A stretch of DNA of 64,000 nt from Eledone cirrhosa (taxonomy: Eukaryota). Where the stretch lies: positions 207,626 to 271,625 of the forward strand of contig CAXHJY010001677.1 in assembly GCA_964016885.1 (NCBI GenBank). The letters run 5' to 3'. Under the pieces are notes generated by a model. That model had not been told where the DNA came from and ran no database searches. It saw nothing but the letters and a program-made list of their open reading frames with translations. Position 1 is the first letter of the stretch. Every line of letters starts with the position of its first letter. Position numbers and translations under genes: made by a program. Positions 1-13,451 of the stretch are shown in pieces.

Positions 1-360
1 TAATTGATTTAGAATTAATAGTTATACTTGTGTTTGAAACAAAATTTGTTTTAAAGAGCATATTTGTTAGTGAAGAAAGCATTGCTTAACAGTACTTATT
101 CCATTGAAAGTTTCTAATACCCATACAAGCAACATCTCATTGCATTCCTTCACATTAATATATCTAGACATACGTAATAAGTTAGGTATCATTGAAATCA
201 ACGTTGCTTAGATGTAAAACCATAGACTTAATATAATTTAGAATGATATTTATGAATGCTTCATCAACCTATTAAATTTAATTTATCAGAAACAAAATAA
301 ACAATCTTTGGTGATTAGCTATGTAAATAACCTTAGTAGACGATATTATTGTCCGTTTAT

Positions 361-543
361 AATTGTTTCTACTATTGGCCAGCTATTACCCAGTATATTA
401 CTGGTACTTTATTTTTTCGACCCTGTAAGGATGAAAGGCAAAGTTAACCTCGGCGGGATTTGAACTCAAAATGGCAAGGGCCGTAACTCTATGCATCAAA
501 GCATGGCATCCGACCCTCTACTGATACTGCCAATTCACCGCCC
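361..543 (-). mobile_element. tRNA-derived SINE, family A (Nin/Deu-like central domain)
   Basis: Minus strand reads GGCGGTGAATTGGCAGTATC (A box) ... GAGTTCAAATCCCGCCGAGG (B box), then GCCTTTCATCCTTACAGGGTCGAAAAAATAAAGTACCAG. At least 8 related copies occur in the window. Confidence 0.8.
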
Positions 544-1849
544 ATTGTCCATTTATAATGGCTGGTTGTTTAGGTTCTTGTGTGGATATGAGGATAAATA
601 TATATATGATATTCAGAAAGTTTAATTCAAGCCAAATATATAATACAATTCATTTATTGAATGTATCAACTCAACATGCTTTATGTTGAGACTATCAGTC
701 CATCTATTCTGTGATTATTTTAACATTGTTTATAAACACATTTCAAGTATTATATGTAACAATTGACATATACATTTATTGTCTCTAGCACAATTGAAAC
801 TACTTAAAGTGAGTTTAATTCCAACATCCACTTGCTTCCTGATATAACACTATGGAATCTTCCATCCATGCTGAACTATTTTTCTGCGACAGTGACTGAT
901 AAACGTTCATGATGAATGTAAACTGTACTTGTCTTGCCATGGACACAACCTCTTCCACTTGCCTAAGCAATACTCATTCGTTTAAAGTTTACAAAGGTTC
1001 TACCTCCATACTTTCCTCCAGCCACCAACTCTTTGATGAAGAACATTCCTTTCCAGGTTTGACAACAGCCAATTACATCCAGAGAGAAAGAGAGTGAGAG
1101 GGTCAGACAAAAAGTACTTGACATGCATTTTATTTATTTACTTTGAAGCAATAGAAGGCAAATTCAATTTTAGTGGGACTTGAATTCAGGAAAGCTGAAA
1201 CAAATACGGCAATATATTTTATTCAATACTCTGTCAACTGATAATTCACAGCCTTCTACCAATATTGAGGAAAAATAAACATTAAATCAATGCCTATATA
1301 TGTTCAAGACAGCATATTTCAACAAATCAAATGTTTAAGCTGCAGGAGGAATTTTCATTCCAAATTATTTTTGACAAATTTGAATTCAATGTATGGAAAG
1401 TGGAATATTTTTTGTCTAGATCAAATATATATATTGCTTTCAAAAGACTGGCAGCATTAAAATTACCTTTACTACATAAATCTAAATGAATTTTAGATGA
1501 GAGGATTAGTTTGGTAAACAATTTTCTTTAGAGTATTCAATGGTGTAAACGATGGCATGTTAGTTGATATTATTACTTTGGCTGAGATGTTGGAAGGTTT
1601 CTGTCTGTAATTCTATGTCTGTTTCATTTTATATGCCTATGCTAATTTATTTCTAAGCATTGCAGAATATAAGTTGCATTATATTTTTATTGTTGCTTCC
1701 TAGACATATATTATCAAACAGACTAGATCAGAGTTTTAATGAATAAATAGATATAGTCATATGGGTTCTAAAAATATAGGCTGATGTCCTCTTGTGTGGA
1801 TACACACACACACACACACACATAAAATATATATATATGCCCCCAACCC

Positions 1850-2123
1850 CTCCCACTCACAAAGTGACTGTGGAGATGCCATGGCAAAAACGCACCCAGC
1901 CCACACTGTAAAGTGGATGTGTAGGCGCCACGGAAAAAAGTACCCAGCACTCACTGTAAATGAGGTTGGTGTTAGGAAGGGCATCCAGCTGTAGAAATCA
2001 AGCCAGAATCAGTTCCAGTATGTGCAAGACATGGTCAGCCGACCGGCTACTGCGCACAACAGGACAACCCGTCTAACCCATGCTAGCGTGGGAGAACGGA
2101 CGTAAAACGGTGATGATGATGAT
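1850..2123 (+). mobile_element. SINE family B, 5'-truncated (RTE-type 3' tail)
   Basis: GTTGGTGTTAGGAAGGGCATCCAGCTGTAGAAATCAAGCC body is shared with copies at 19.6k, 29.1k, 56.0k, 62.3k and 63.4k. Ends CTAACCCATGCTAGCGTGGGAGAACGGACGTAAAACGG(TGA)n. Confidence 0.75.
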
Positions 2124-3110
2124 ATATATATATATATATACTGAGAGAGAGAATGAGAAATTTATATAACTACACATTTGTATATCAACATTTTTATTCA
2201 ATCACACACAAACAACATAGATTTTATTAACTACAATATAAAACGTTTTGTACAAAATAAATATTTTAGTTTTATAGCTAGACACACGTATATATCCGTA
2301 TAAATGAAAAACATATACACCCTATGATATAAAGATATATATGCACGTAGACAGATCTATTAGCATCCCGTATGACATGTGAATGCTTATATATTTCCCA
2401 AGATACGTATGGATATGTATATTCATAAGAATGCTACGCTAGTTTATATTTGCAAAAGTCAATCTATTGAAGAAAAGCAAAAGTAAGAAATATTTATCCA
2501 TCTCATATTTATTGAAATTGCTCGAACTCACTGATGCCTGTGCATATGGGTGTATATATGCATATGCTTATATGTGTGTGTGAGTGTATATATATATATT
2601 CGTTTTTTACGCCACTGAACAGCGCTTTGGCTTGTGTCAGATGCTGTGATGCCGGGTAAATAAGCAGGAACGTTAGTAGCGCTCGAAATTGCCAAAGTCA
2701 TCCCAGCAGTCAATGATTCTGGAGTTATGTGTCTTTCATTTGTATTTTTGTTTTTAAAAACTATTTTTTAAAGGTTTCCTCTTTAAAAATTGTTTTCGTT
2801 TTGCGTTGCTTTCGTTCGATGTCTTGTGCTCTCTGTTAATTGTCTTCAGTTTATATATATTTGTGTATATTTATATATAATATATACATAGATATAAAGC
2901 ACAAAATATTTAGTAAAAAATACATACTATAAAGTGGAAAAGTTCTTATTTTCCTTATGGTACCATTTCATAGTGCGTAAACCGTAACAAAAATCGATCT
3001 AAGTAATCGATTATAGATTACCATCTATTGATTTTAGTAAAGCTACAGGTGACACGAAACTAATCATCATTGTATCGTATTTGGATAAGTTCAAATAGAG
3101 TATAGAGTAC

Positions 3111-3350
3111 AAAATACTTTTATATGTGTCGGAATTCGAGAGTTAGACCAAAGCCATCGACAGCATATAACTGCTCCAAATTCTTAATTCGTTAATCTGG
3201 CAATACTGTCGGTAGTACTTTACACATCTTTCTAGCAGATATGCCGTCCAGTCCTCCTATTTATATCTGCCGCCACGTTTAAAACCTTCTCGCATATGCT
3301 GTCTATGGTTTCGGCCTAACTCTAGGATCACGACAGATATAAAAGTATTT
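3111..3350. mobile_element. MITE-like element / hairpin with ~60-bp imperfect terminal inverted repeats
   Basis: AAAATACTTTTATATGTGTCG..GAGTTAGACCAAAGCCATCGACAGCATAT at the left is the approximate reverse complement of ATATGCTGTCTATGGTTTCGGCCTAACTC..CGACAGATATAAAAGTATTTT at the right. Confidence 0.6.
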
Positions 3351-3466
<116 letters not shown>

Positions 3467-3690
3467 CAAATATAAATTATCAAGAATCATATTGCGGCCT
3501 CTGTAATAACGAAAAACAACCTCCGGGATGTGTGGCAAGTGCTCAATGGTTCAGAAGAACCAGAGCTACAACATACGTTCAAGGCCAAACACACTGAGAC
3601 GATGGTTAAACATTCATCCGCACAGCCAAAAAAAAACGATCAAGTAATTCGGATCAAACACATAAAGATATATGTGATTGAAAATTGAAA

Positions 3691-3751
<61 letters not shown>

Positions 3752-3795
3752 AAAATAAACCAAAGAAGCCTTCAATACATCAACAGTCTTTATTA

Positions 3796-3833
3796 GCCAA
3801 CAATGTTTCGTCCTATTAAGGACTCATCAGGGC
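3796..3833 (-). ncRNA. Minimal type I hammerhead ribozyme motif (canonical core)
   Basis: Minus strand: GCC-CTGATGA-GTCC(TTAATA)GGAC-GAAA-C(ATT)G-T-T-GGC, followed by TAATAAA. Lies in a ~240-bp insert between (TA)n arrays. Confidence 0.75.
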
Positions 3834-3987
3834 AAGTAAAGCTACAAGAAGCACTATCGGCCAATACAAGCCAAAAACTCAGAAGAATATGGAGTATACA
3901 TCTATTAAAATTTAGGAAAGATATCAAGGAAAAGTTGGCTAAGATTAAGCGTGAGCAGTTACAAATAGCAAGGAAGTGATTAACATG

Positions 3988-5022
<1,035 letters not shown>

Positions 5023-5133
5023 TAGTAATAATAAAAATATGAAGACTAAAATCCAAAGAGGGCTCGATAAGGATAAATATATATCAAATATATAAGAACC
5101 GTAGAGCAAATATTTATTAAAATAACAGATTAA

Positions 5134-5184
5134 AGTTTAAGCAAAGAATCGCTGCTTTCACCCTTAACGGGATCTTCTGAAACT
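5134..5184 (-). ncRNA. Type I hammerhead-like motif (U4A core variant) in the inverted pLTR
   Basis: Reverse complement of the motif at 8661-8711. Confidence 0.6.
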
Positions 5185-6145
5185 AACAAAGTGAATCTGT
5201 AAACGCAGAAGTGGATATTTCAAAAAACGTTGCAACCGGAGGAAGGCAGGAAGACGATACTTTGGTTCGTGGAAACCTTCGCTGGCAAAGAACGGGAAAA
5301 AACAAGTATAATACGTCATTAATAGGAGCGGTGAAAAACAATTACGCGCAAAGACAGAACCACATTCATGGTATAAAAGAGGTCGTAGACTAATGTTCTC
5401 TTAGGTGGTTCATAGAGACGTTCTCTGGCAATGAACGAAAAAAACGAAGATAATACGTCATATGTGGAGCGTGGAGAACAATTGCACGCAAAGACAAAAC
5501 CACGTAAATGGTATAGCAGAAGTCGTAGACTAAAATTCCAACTAGGAGACCGAATGAATCTTCAGTTAAGAACAAAGTAAATAAATACAATACAGAAGTA
5601 ATAGAAATTAAATAAATACATACACGCATACAAATACGTACATACACAAGCATACGCGAAAACACTTACCATAGGTATACAAAACCACGCACATATAAAT
5701 ATGTGTGTGTGTGTAAGCGTGGATACAAATAAATAAATAATTAAATAAACGTATATAAATAAATAAATACGTATATAACAAGCGCACACACATACCTACA
5801 TGTAAATACACAAATGTTCGGAGACGTAAGTCAACCAAACATGAAGTACACATATACACAAACCCTACATACGTACGAACCTGCATACTCACACAGACGC
5901 AAAACTCCCGTATACACATAACCAAACCATATGTACCAGAATATATAAAAATTATACGCCATAACATATACAATCAAATATACGTACGAGAAGGTATATG
6001 TATTTTCACAAAACATACAAGTAAAATATACTTACCTATGCAAATAAGTAAGGGTATAAACAAAACATATACATAGCTACCACATCAAGACGTAAAATAT
6101 CCACGTATAGATCGTACTATCCGTTAGGGTATAACGTGGGGCTGT

Positions 6146-7780
6146 TTACCCTGAAGGATCACAAATCCAATTTTCCGAACAACCCCTCTATTCGCCTTAT
6201 TAACCCTACGAAGTCCGATTTAGGTAGACTTAGTAAAAGGATTCTTGATAGAATTATACCTGAAATTAGAAGTTTGGCCCCTCTTGCACTGTGGAACAAT
6301 TCTTTCGCGATGATTGATTGGTTCAACGGCATATGTAACAAGGAACATTGCCGTTTTATCCAATTCGACATCAACAATTAATACTCCTCCATCACTTTAC
6401 CACTTCTCCTTAGAGCTATCAATTTCGCTAAAACACTCACAGTGGTTAAGGATTTCGAAGTTGATGTCATCCTCAATGCCCGTAAGTCGGTGATTAATTT
6501 CTACGACTCTATTTGGATTAAACAATCCAATAGTACCCCATTCGACGTGAGTATGGGCGCCAGTGATTCTGCGGAGGTTACTGATCTTATCGGCTTTTTC
6601 CTTCTTTTCTCTATCAAGTACGAATTCCCCAACGCGGGCGGTGGTTTGTACCGTGATGATGGTCTTTTGACCATGACTAAGTGCGGACCTCGTGCTTGCG
6701 ACAGGTTCAGAAAAGAACTAACAGCCTTCTTTAAAGGCTTCAACCTATCTATACAGGTTGAGGCCAATCTCTCGGTCATTAATTACCTCGACGTTACCTC
6801 AATTTATTGAATGGGTTGTATTACCCGTATAGAAATCCGAATGATACGCTTAATTACATAAGTAAGCATTCCAACCATCCTGCCAGCATAACCAAGAACG
6901 TGGTAAGAAACGTTTCGGTGAGGCTTTCCCGTCTATCTACTAACGAGCATATTTTCAACGACCATTCCACTTATTACAATGAAGGTCTTGCTCGGAGTGG
7001 ATTTGTCGATAAGGTAGCATATACTGAGTACGAAAATAGACCTAGAAGAAATAGATCCCGTCGCATTTGTTGGTATAACCCACCATTTAATATGGAGGTG
7101 GCCACACCATTAGCTAAGATCTTTCTTTCCCTTATTACGAAGCATTTTCCCCTACACATAAATATAGTAACATTTTTATTAGAAATACTATTAAAATTTC
7201 TTACTCTACGACTCCTAACCTTGCACATAACATCACAGCTTCAAATTTAGCTAACCTACCTAGCCGTAAGAACACGTGCAACCCTGTAGTTAGTACTAAC
7301 TGTAATTGTAGGAATCGGGTTGATTGCCCCCGATCCGGGAAATACCTCTCTAGTAACATTGTCTACAAATGAAAGGTTGAAACACCCACGTCCCGTAGGG
7401 CCTACATAGTGTTAACTGCCAATAGATTCAAGCAGCGTCTTTACATGCATACCCATTCTTTTCGTTACCCTCAAAGAAGGAATATGACGTCAGTTTCAGC
7501 TTATATCTGGAGTCTAAAAGACAACCACACCCAATATAAGTTACACTGGGAGATCTTAGCTAGCGATAGATCGTATAACGGAAATAAAAGACCATGTGAC
7601 CTCTGCGCCGCTGAGGCCCTGGAAATACTCTACGCCACAGACCACATCTTAAACAAAAAATCTGAGGCAATTTCGGCTTGTAAACATACATTGCACAAAA
7701 CTTTCCTGTATTACAGCCCACGTTATACCCTAACGGATAGTACGATCTATACGTGGATATTTTTCGTCTTGATGTGGTAG
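6146..7780 (+). pseudogene. PLE reverse transcriptase-GIY-YIG endonuclease ORF, frameshifted
   Basis: RT motifs: TLKDHK..F..RLINPTKSDLG, FIQFDI, FDVSMGASDSAEV, GGLYRDDGL, INYLDVT, YISKHSNHP, ICWYNPPF. Then a CNCR..CP linker, IVYK..AYI.LT..RFKQR..H (GIY-YIG) and a C-terminal CDLC..E..LNKKSE..SACKH. Confidence 0.9.
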
Positions 7781-8660
7781 CTAAGTATATGTTTTGTTTA
7801 TACCATTACGTATTTGCATAGGTAAGTATATTTTACCTGTATGTTTCGTGAAGGTACTTATATTTGATTGTATATGTTATGGCGTATAATTTTTATATAT
7901 TCTGGTACATATGGTTTGGTTATGTGTATACGGGAGTTTTGCGTCTGTGTGAGTATGCAGGTTCGTACGTATGTAGGGTGTGTGTGTATATGTGTACTTC
8001 ATGTTTGGTTGACTTACGTCTCTGAACATTTGTGTATTTACATGTAGGTATGTGTGTGCGCTTGTTATATACGTATTTATTTATATACGTTTATTTAATT
8101 ATTTATTTATTTGTATACACGCATACACGCACACACATATTTATATGTGCGTGGTTTTGTATACCTATGGTAATTGTTTTCGCGTATGCTTGTGTATGTA
8201 CGTATTTGTATGCGTGTATGTATTTATTTAATTTCTATTACTTCTGTATTGTATTTATTTACTTTGTTCTTAACTCTGACGCGGAGATTCATTCGGTCTC
8301 CTAGTTGGAATTTTAGTCTACGACTTCTGCTATACCATTTACGTGGTTTTGTCTTTGCATGCAATTGTTCTCCACGCTCCAGATATGACGTATTATCTTC
8401 GTTTTTTAAGTTCATTGCCAGAGAACGTCTCTATGAACCACCTAAGAGAACATTAGTCTACGGCCTCTTTTATACAATAAACGTGGTTCTGTCTTTGCGC
8501 GTAATTGTTTTTCTCCGCTCCTATTAATGACGTATTATATTCGTATTTCCCGTTATTTGCCAGCGAACGTTTCCATGAACTAAAGTATCGTCTTCCTGTC
8601 TTCCTCCGGTTGCAACGTTTTTTGAAATATCCACTTCCGCGTTTACAGATTGAATTTGTT

Positions 8661-8711
8661 AGTTTCAGAAGATCCCGTTAAGGGTGAAAGCAGCGATTCT
8701 TTGCTTAAACT
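8661..8711 (+). ncRNA. Type I hammerhead-like motif (U4A core variant) at the 3' end of the pLTR
   Basis: AGTTT-CAGAAGA-TCCC(GTTAA)GGGT-GAAA-GCA(GCGATTCTT)TGC-T-T-AAACT: stems I, II and III all pair. AATAAA lies ~15 nt downstream. Confidence 0.6.
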
Positions 8712-8732
8712 TTAATCTGTTATTTTAATAAA

Positions 8733-8833
<101 letters not shown>

Positions 8834-8952
8834 GAAAGTGAGGTTTTTTACAAAATGAAAAATAACCGAGTGAAAGTATAAAAAAAAAAGATAAAATCGA
8901 AAATGCAACTCGAGTCATATTTTTTTTAAAAATATATATATTTATTTGGTTT

Positions 8953-8988
8953 CTTTACCGGTTTCGCAGTTCTTCTGCTTTTCAAAAG
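8953..8988 (-). ncRNA. Minimal type I hammerhead ribozyme with U3:A8 compensatory core
   Basis: Minus strand: CTT-TTGAAAA-GCAG(AAGAA)CTGC-GAAA-CCGG-T-A-AAG. Palindromic ACCGGT at stem III; followed by AAATAAA. Confidence 0.75.
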
Positions 8989-10373
8989 TTGATTTGTGAT
9001 GGAGGGTCAAGGTTTTTCTCACATCTGGTTGGTCTTAGAATGTTACTTGTTTTATATGGAAAAAAGTGGCTCGAAACGCCAGTTTGTTTGAGAAGTACTT
9101 TGATTGGTTGGTCAATAAGTATAATAATTTTTGCGCCAGTTCGCTTTATAAAGTTCTTCAAACAGTGGCTCAGGTTGTTTTTTCATATATAAGTGAAGTT
9201 TGCTTGGTTGATGCAATCACGTGAATAAGCACATCAGCTTTCGCGCCAGTTTGTTTGATTTTCTTTTTACTTAAAAAAAGTGGCTCACGAAGGCTTTTTT
9301 TTATAAATGTAATTGGATTGGTTATAAATGAAATTATGGCTGTCACGTTCATTAAATTATGGCTGTCAAGTTCATTAAATTTCGCGCCCGTATTTGGGAA
9401 TTTATTTTGTAGCCTTTTAGAGAATTTTATGACAAGCAAAAGATAATGGTCAAGAGAGATGGGATGGGGGGAATTGTTCTGGTTCAGTGCATATGGTAGG
9501 TTGTTTTTTCATATATGAATGAAGTCACGTGAATAAGCACATCAGCTTTCGCCTCTGTTTGTTTGAATTTCTTTTTACATTAAAAAAAGTGGCTCACGAA
9601 GGCTTTTTTTAAATAAATGTAATTTGATTGGTTATAAATGAAATTAAGACTGTCAGGTGAACAAGTTCATTAAATTTCGCGCCCGTACTTGGGAATTTAT
9701 TTTGTAGCCTTTTAGAGAATTTTATGACAAACAAAAGATTATGGTCAAGAGAAATGGGATGGGAGAATTGTTCTGGTTCAGTGAATATGGTTGGTTCCCT
9801 GGGGTGTCATAATTCAGACTTTCTATTGAAATAAAGAAAATAGAGATATGTATCTTTATTTGTGTGCTTGTGTGTGTGTAAAGGGAGATGATAATATTAG
9901 CAGAAATGGGGGAGGGAGTTGTGTGTGTGTGTATATGGGTGTTATGTGTGTGTGATTGTGTGTGGGGATATGTTAAGATGGAGAGAATATATACATTTTG
10001 TGTGTGTGTATGTTTGTAGGAAAGTGATTCTATTAGTATAAATGGGGGAGGGAGTTGTGTGTGTGTGTGGGGGGGGTTATGAGTGTGTGTATGGGTGTTA
10101 TGTGTGTGTGGAGGTATGGTTAGCATTTTAAGACGAAGAGGATATATATTTGGTGTGTGTGTGTGTATGTAGGAAATGATTCCGTTAGTAGAAATATTTT
10201 TGAATGAACAAATTTTCCTTATTTATTCGTATTTGTTCTGTTGTATTGTCAGCGCAAACGTATGTTAAGGTTTATTTAGTTCGGGTTTTTATTTTCTAAA
10301 GTAGAAGGTGTTATGTGTGTGTGTATGTGTCTGTTTGGATGGTTAGCATGTTATGGTGTTGACATAATGTATA

Positions 10374-10914
10374 TTAAACCATATTTAATGCTGGTCTATA
10401 TTTTTGAATAAACATATTTTCCTTATTTATTCGTATTTGTTCTGTTGTATTGTCAGCGCAAAGGTAAAATGGGAAGACTTGGAATTTGGTTGTCTTATTA
10501 GTTGCGCATATGACTAGATGCGTACTTAGTGTTATCTGTCTCGTGGTTGGATCTCGTAATTGTTGGCGATGAACTGTTATTCTGTTTCTGAGTGTGAGTT
10601 TAGTTTGTCCTATATAATCTTCATTGCATCCTTTACATTTAATGGTATAAAGTAGATTTTTGATGAGCAAGTGAAGTGATTTTTTACAGCAAAATTTTGT
10701 CCTGATTGGAATGTATACGTGTTGCATTCAATAAGGTGAGTGCAGGTTCCACAATAAGAGCGACCACATTTTTTGACAGTTGGTTGTGGGTTTGTGGTAG
10801 GTAATTTAGCATTGGTGAGTAATGTTTTCAGTGATTTCGGTTGTCTTTTGCTTTTGATTATTTTGTGTGTTTCAAGGGCATTTTTCATACTTGGGTCTTG
10901 TTTCAGTAGGGGAA
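10374..10914 (-). pseudogene. PLE GIY-YIG endonuclease domain (one frameshift)
   Basis: KRQPKSLKTLLT..KCGRSYCGTC linker..FTCSSK / NLLYTIKCKGCNEDYIGQTKLTLRNRITVH..LSTH..C..KENMFIQKYRPALN. Confidence 0.88.
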
Positions 10915-12915
10915 GGGCCAACGTCTGCAATCCTGACCAGGTCCATACACGACAACCTACACCCCGTGCGATACATCATAGTGAGGGTAGGGTGTAAACC
11001 TGGCTTCGGTGGGGCTCTGATCAATTTAGATCAGTCTAAGGCATTTGATAGGGTCGACCAAGGCGGCCGGCTTCGGTCATGTCTTCAGAGGCTGGATCGC
11101 TGCCATGCATACTAGCATCTGCTCGGCAGTCAGAGTAAATGGCTACCTATCGGAGCCATTCAAAATCATGCGTTCCATCCGACAGGGATGCCCTCTCTCC
11201 TCCATTCTGTATGTACTGACTCTCGAGCCATTACTGCGGAAGTTGGAGCTGTTTCAGGGCATCACCGATCGAACCAGGATTGCGGAAAGCAGCGTCGGTC
11301 TGTGCCGACGGAGTAACTGTGATGGTGTCGAAAACGTCGGACATCGGGGTAATCGGCAACCTATTACAGGAATACGAAACGTTGACAGGAGCAAGACTAA
11401 AGCCAAACAAGTCTGTCGGTTTGTAATTCGGCACATGGAGAGGCAAACCTATGCCTTCCGAAAGTGTCATTGGACGCTGGACGGAAGGATCGGTGAAATT
11501 GCTCGGAGTCTGGTTTGGTCCCGACCTCCAGGTGGACAAGAAGTGAAACGAGGTCACGGCGAAGGTGTTTGCACTCACCCAGAAGTGGGCTGAGTACAAA
11601 CTCTCCTTGAAAGGTCGAGCGGAGGGGGAGTACACTTACATAGCGTCCGTCGTCTACTACTGCCTTGTCCCTGCGAATACCTCACCAAAATGGAACGCCT
11701 ACTCTTCAAGTTCCTCTGGAAGAAACAGGCTCCATTGGTGAGGAGATACATCTGCTGGCAACACCCTTCTAACGGAAGGCTGGACATGCCGTGGCTGATG
11801 ATGCGCAAACACGCGCTGAGGCTAAGCCATCTCCGGGTATTCCTGGCCGGCGAATCTGTGTGGCTGTCGTTTGTGAGACAAGCTCTTCCACAACTCGTCT
11901 CACTAACAGAGCTGCAGTCCTGGGTCAAGCGAAGACCGGAAATGGGCGCCTGGCACCTCGAGTGCCTTCAGGCGCTCACAGCCTTCTACCAAGCGGAAAC
12001 AGCAATCAGCGGAGACTCCACATCGACATTATATAGGGGATTGGTGGAGGATAAGTGCGACGACGTTCTCAGAGAAACTCTAGGCAACGAGGAAGACGAA
12101 CTGACCAGTCTGTTCGAGAGGACTTTCCGTCCATAGTCTATGGATAACTTCCAGATGTCTCTGGCCTGGCAGTGCTACCGAGGAGCTCTACCAGTTCGAG
12201 ACAAAATCAACAGGCACGCACGCCCTGGAAGAAACTGCCAAAAGGACCTGTCCAAGATGCGAGCAGGACATCGAAACAGTTCTGCACGCAATTGTTCAGT
12301 GCCCAGGGGTGACCAACCTGTGGAATTATATCGAACTGCTACTGACACGCATGGGGCGCATGCAGTTGTCAGCCGATTCCATCGTGAGGATCACCCCGCC
12401 GCTTTCATTTAAGAATGAAAGAGAGGCTGTTTTCCTCTGTCTGGTGGCTATGGCGAAAGAGGTAATATGGTGGACGAGGTTAAAACGACTGAGTGCAAAC
12501 ATCTTTCTCTCCGGACAACAACTCATCCCCTTCTTTAAGTACCACTTCAGCAGGAAGGTGAGAGTGGAGGGAGAGGTGCTACACCCCAGTAAATTAGCTG
12601 AAAGGTAGGTGAATGTGGCGAAAATGGCCCGAGTGAATGGGCCTTCTCTGTATATAAACCTGTAGGTTGAGGAAGATTAACAGAGGGAAGACAGGAACAC
12701 CTACAAAACGTGTTCCTGGTGTTGAGAGTTGTTCTATCCACGGGGTGTAAAACAACCCTGCAGTAACGTTCCCCCCTATTGGGGATTCCAATTGTTATTT
12801 TATTATATATAGTTTATTGTTATTTATTAATGCTAAATGATTTTTATGTAAAACCCCCGCCGACACGTCTTGTAATGTCCCATATTTTTACGCCCCTGTG
12901 GCAAATAAAGAAAGC
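10915..12915 (+). mobile_element. L1/Tx1-clade LINE, 5'-truncated ORF2 (RT plus C-terminal CCHC region) and 3' UTR
   Basis: RSIHDNL..ALINLDQSKAFDRVD, VRVNGYLSEPF...RSIRQGCPLS..LYVLTLEPLL, LFKFLWK, AWQCYRGALPVRDK. Ends GCAAATAAAGAAAG. Several stops and frameshifts. Confidence 0.88.
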
Positions 12916-13237
12916 TATCTATACATACAGATACACATGAAAGCATCCACACCCAGGGATACGTAGATATATGTGAACATATTCCAAATATTCGTCTGTG
13001 TGTGTGAAGATTTAATATTTGAATATAGAGTCAGGAATATCCATTGATCAACATGCCAGATATTCATGACTCTCCAGTAGAAGAGTAACACAGCTGTCTA
13101 TATTTATTTCACCCGAAAAGAAAAATGAAAAATAAGAGATAACATTTAAAACAATCTATATTTTCAATAAACTGTCGAATAATTTGATGCTTCCTTCACT
13201 AAAATAATTCACATGTGTATGTATGCATATGCATGTA

Positions 13238-13282
<45 letters not shown>

Positions 13283-13451
13283 GTACATGTATTTGCATAC
13301 ATATCCAAAGTTATAAGAGCTCTCAGTCCGATGGAATGAATTTTAATATATAAATGTTGCGTAAATTCACATTTGCATCTGTCCAATACGATCCTTTTGC
13401 AGGGTAAGTTATTACTTCAGCAGCTCCTCGGTTATATATATATGTATATAT

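Noticed and set aside
1327-2713. Possible minus-strand host exons near 1450-1640 and 2600-2730
   Set aside because: Short frames with no recognisable homology; cannot be supported without transcript data
3481-3690. Frame ESYCGLC...YVQGQTLRRWLNIH vaguely resembling GIY-YIG
   Set aside because: Motif spacing is wrong and the match too short to call without a homology search.
7369-7372. In-frame TGA at a Cys position (IVYK*) in the PLE-1 endonuclease as possible selenocysteine recoding
   Set aside because: The second copy has TGT here (~39212), and the ORF has other stops and frameshifts, so ordinary decay is more parsimonious.
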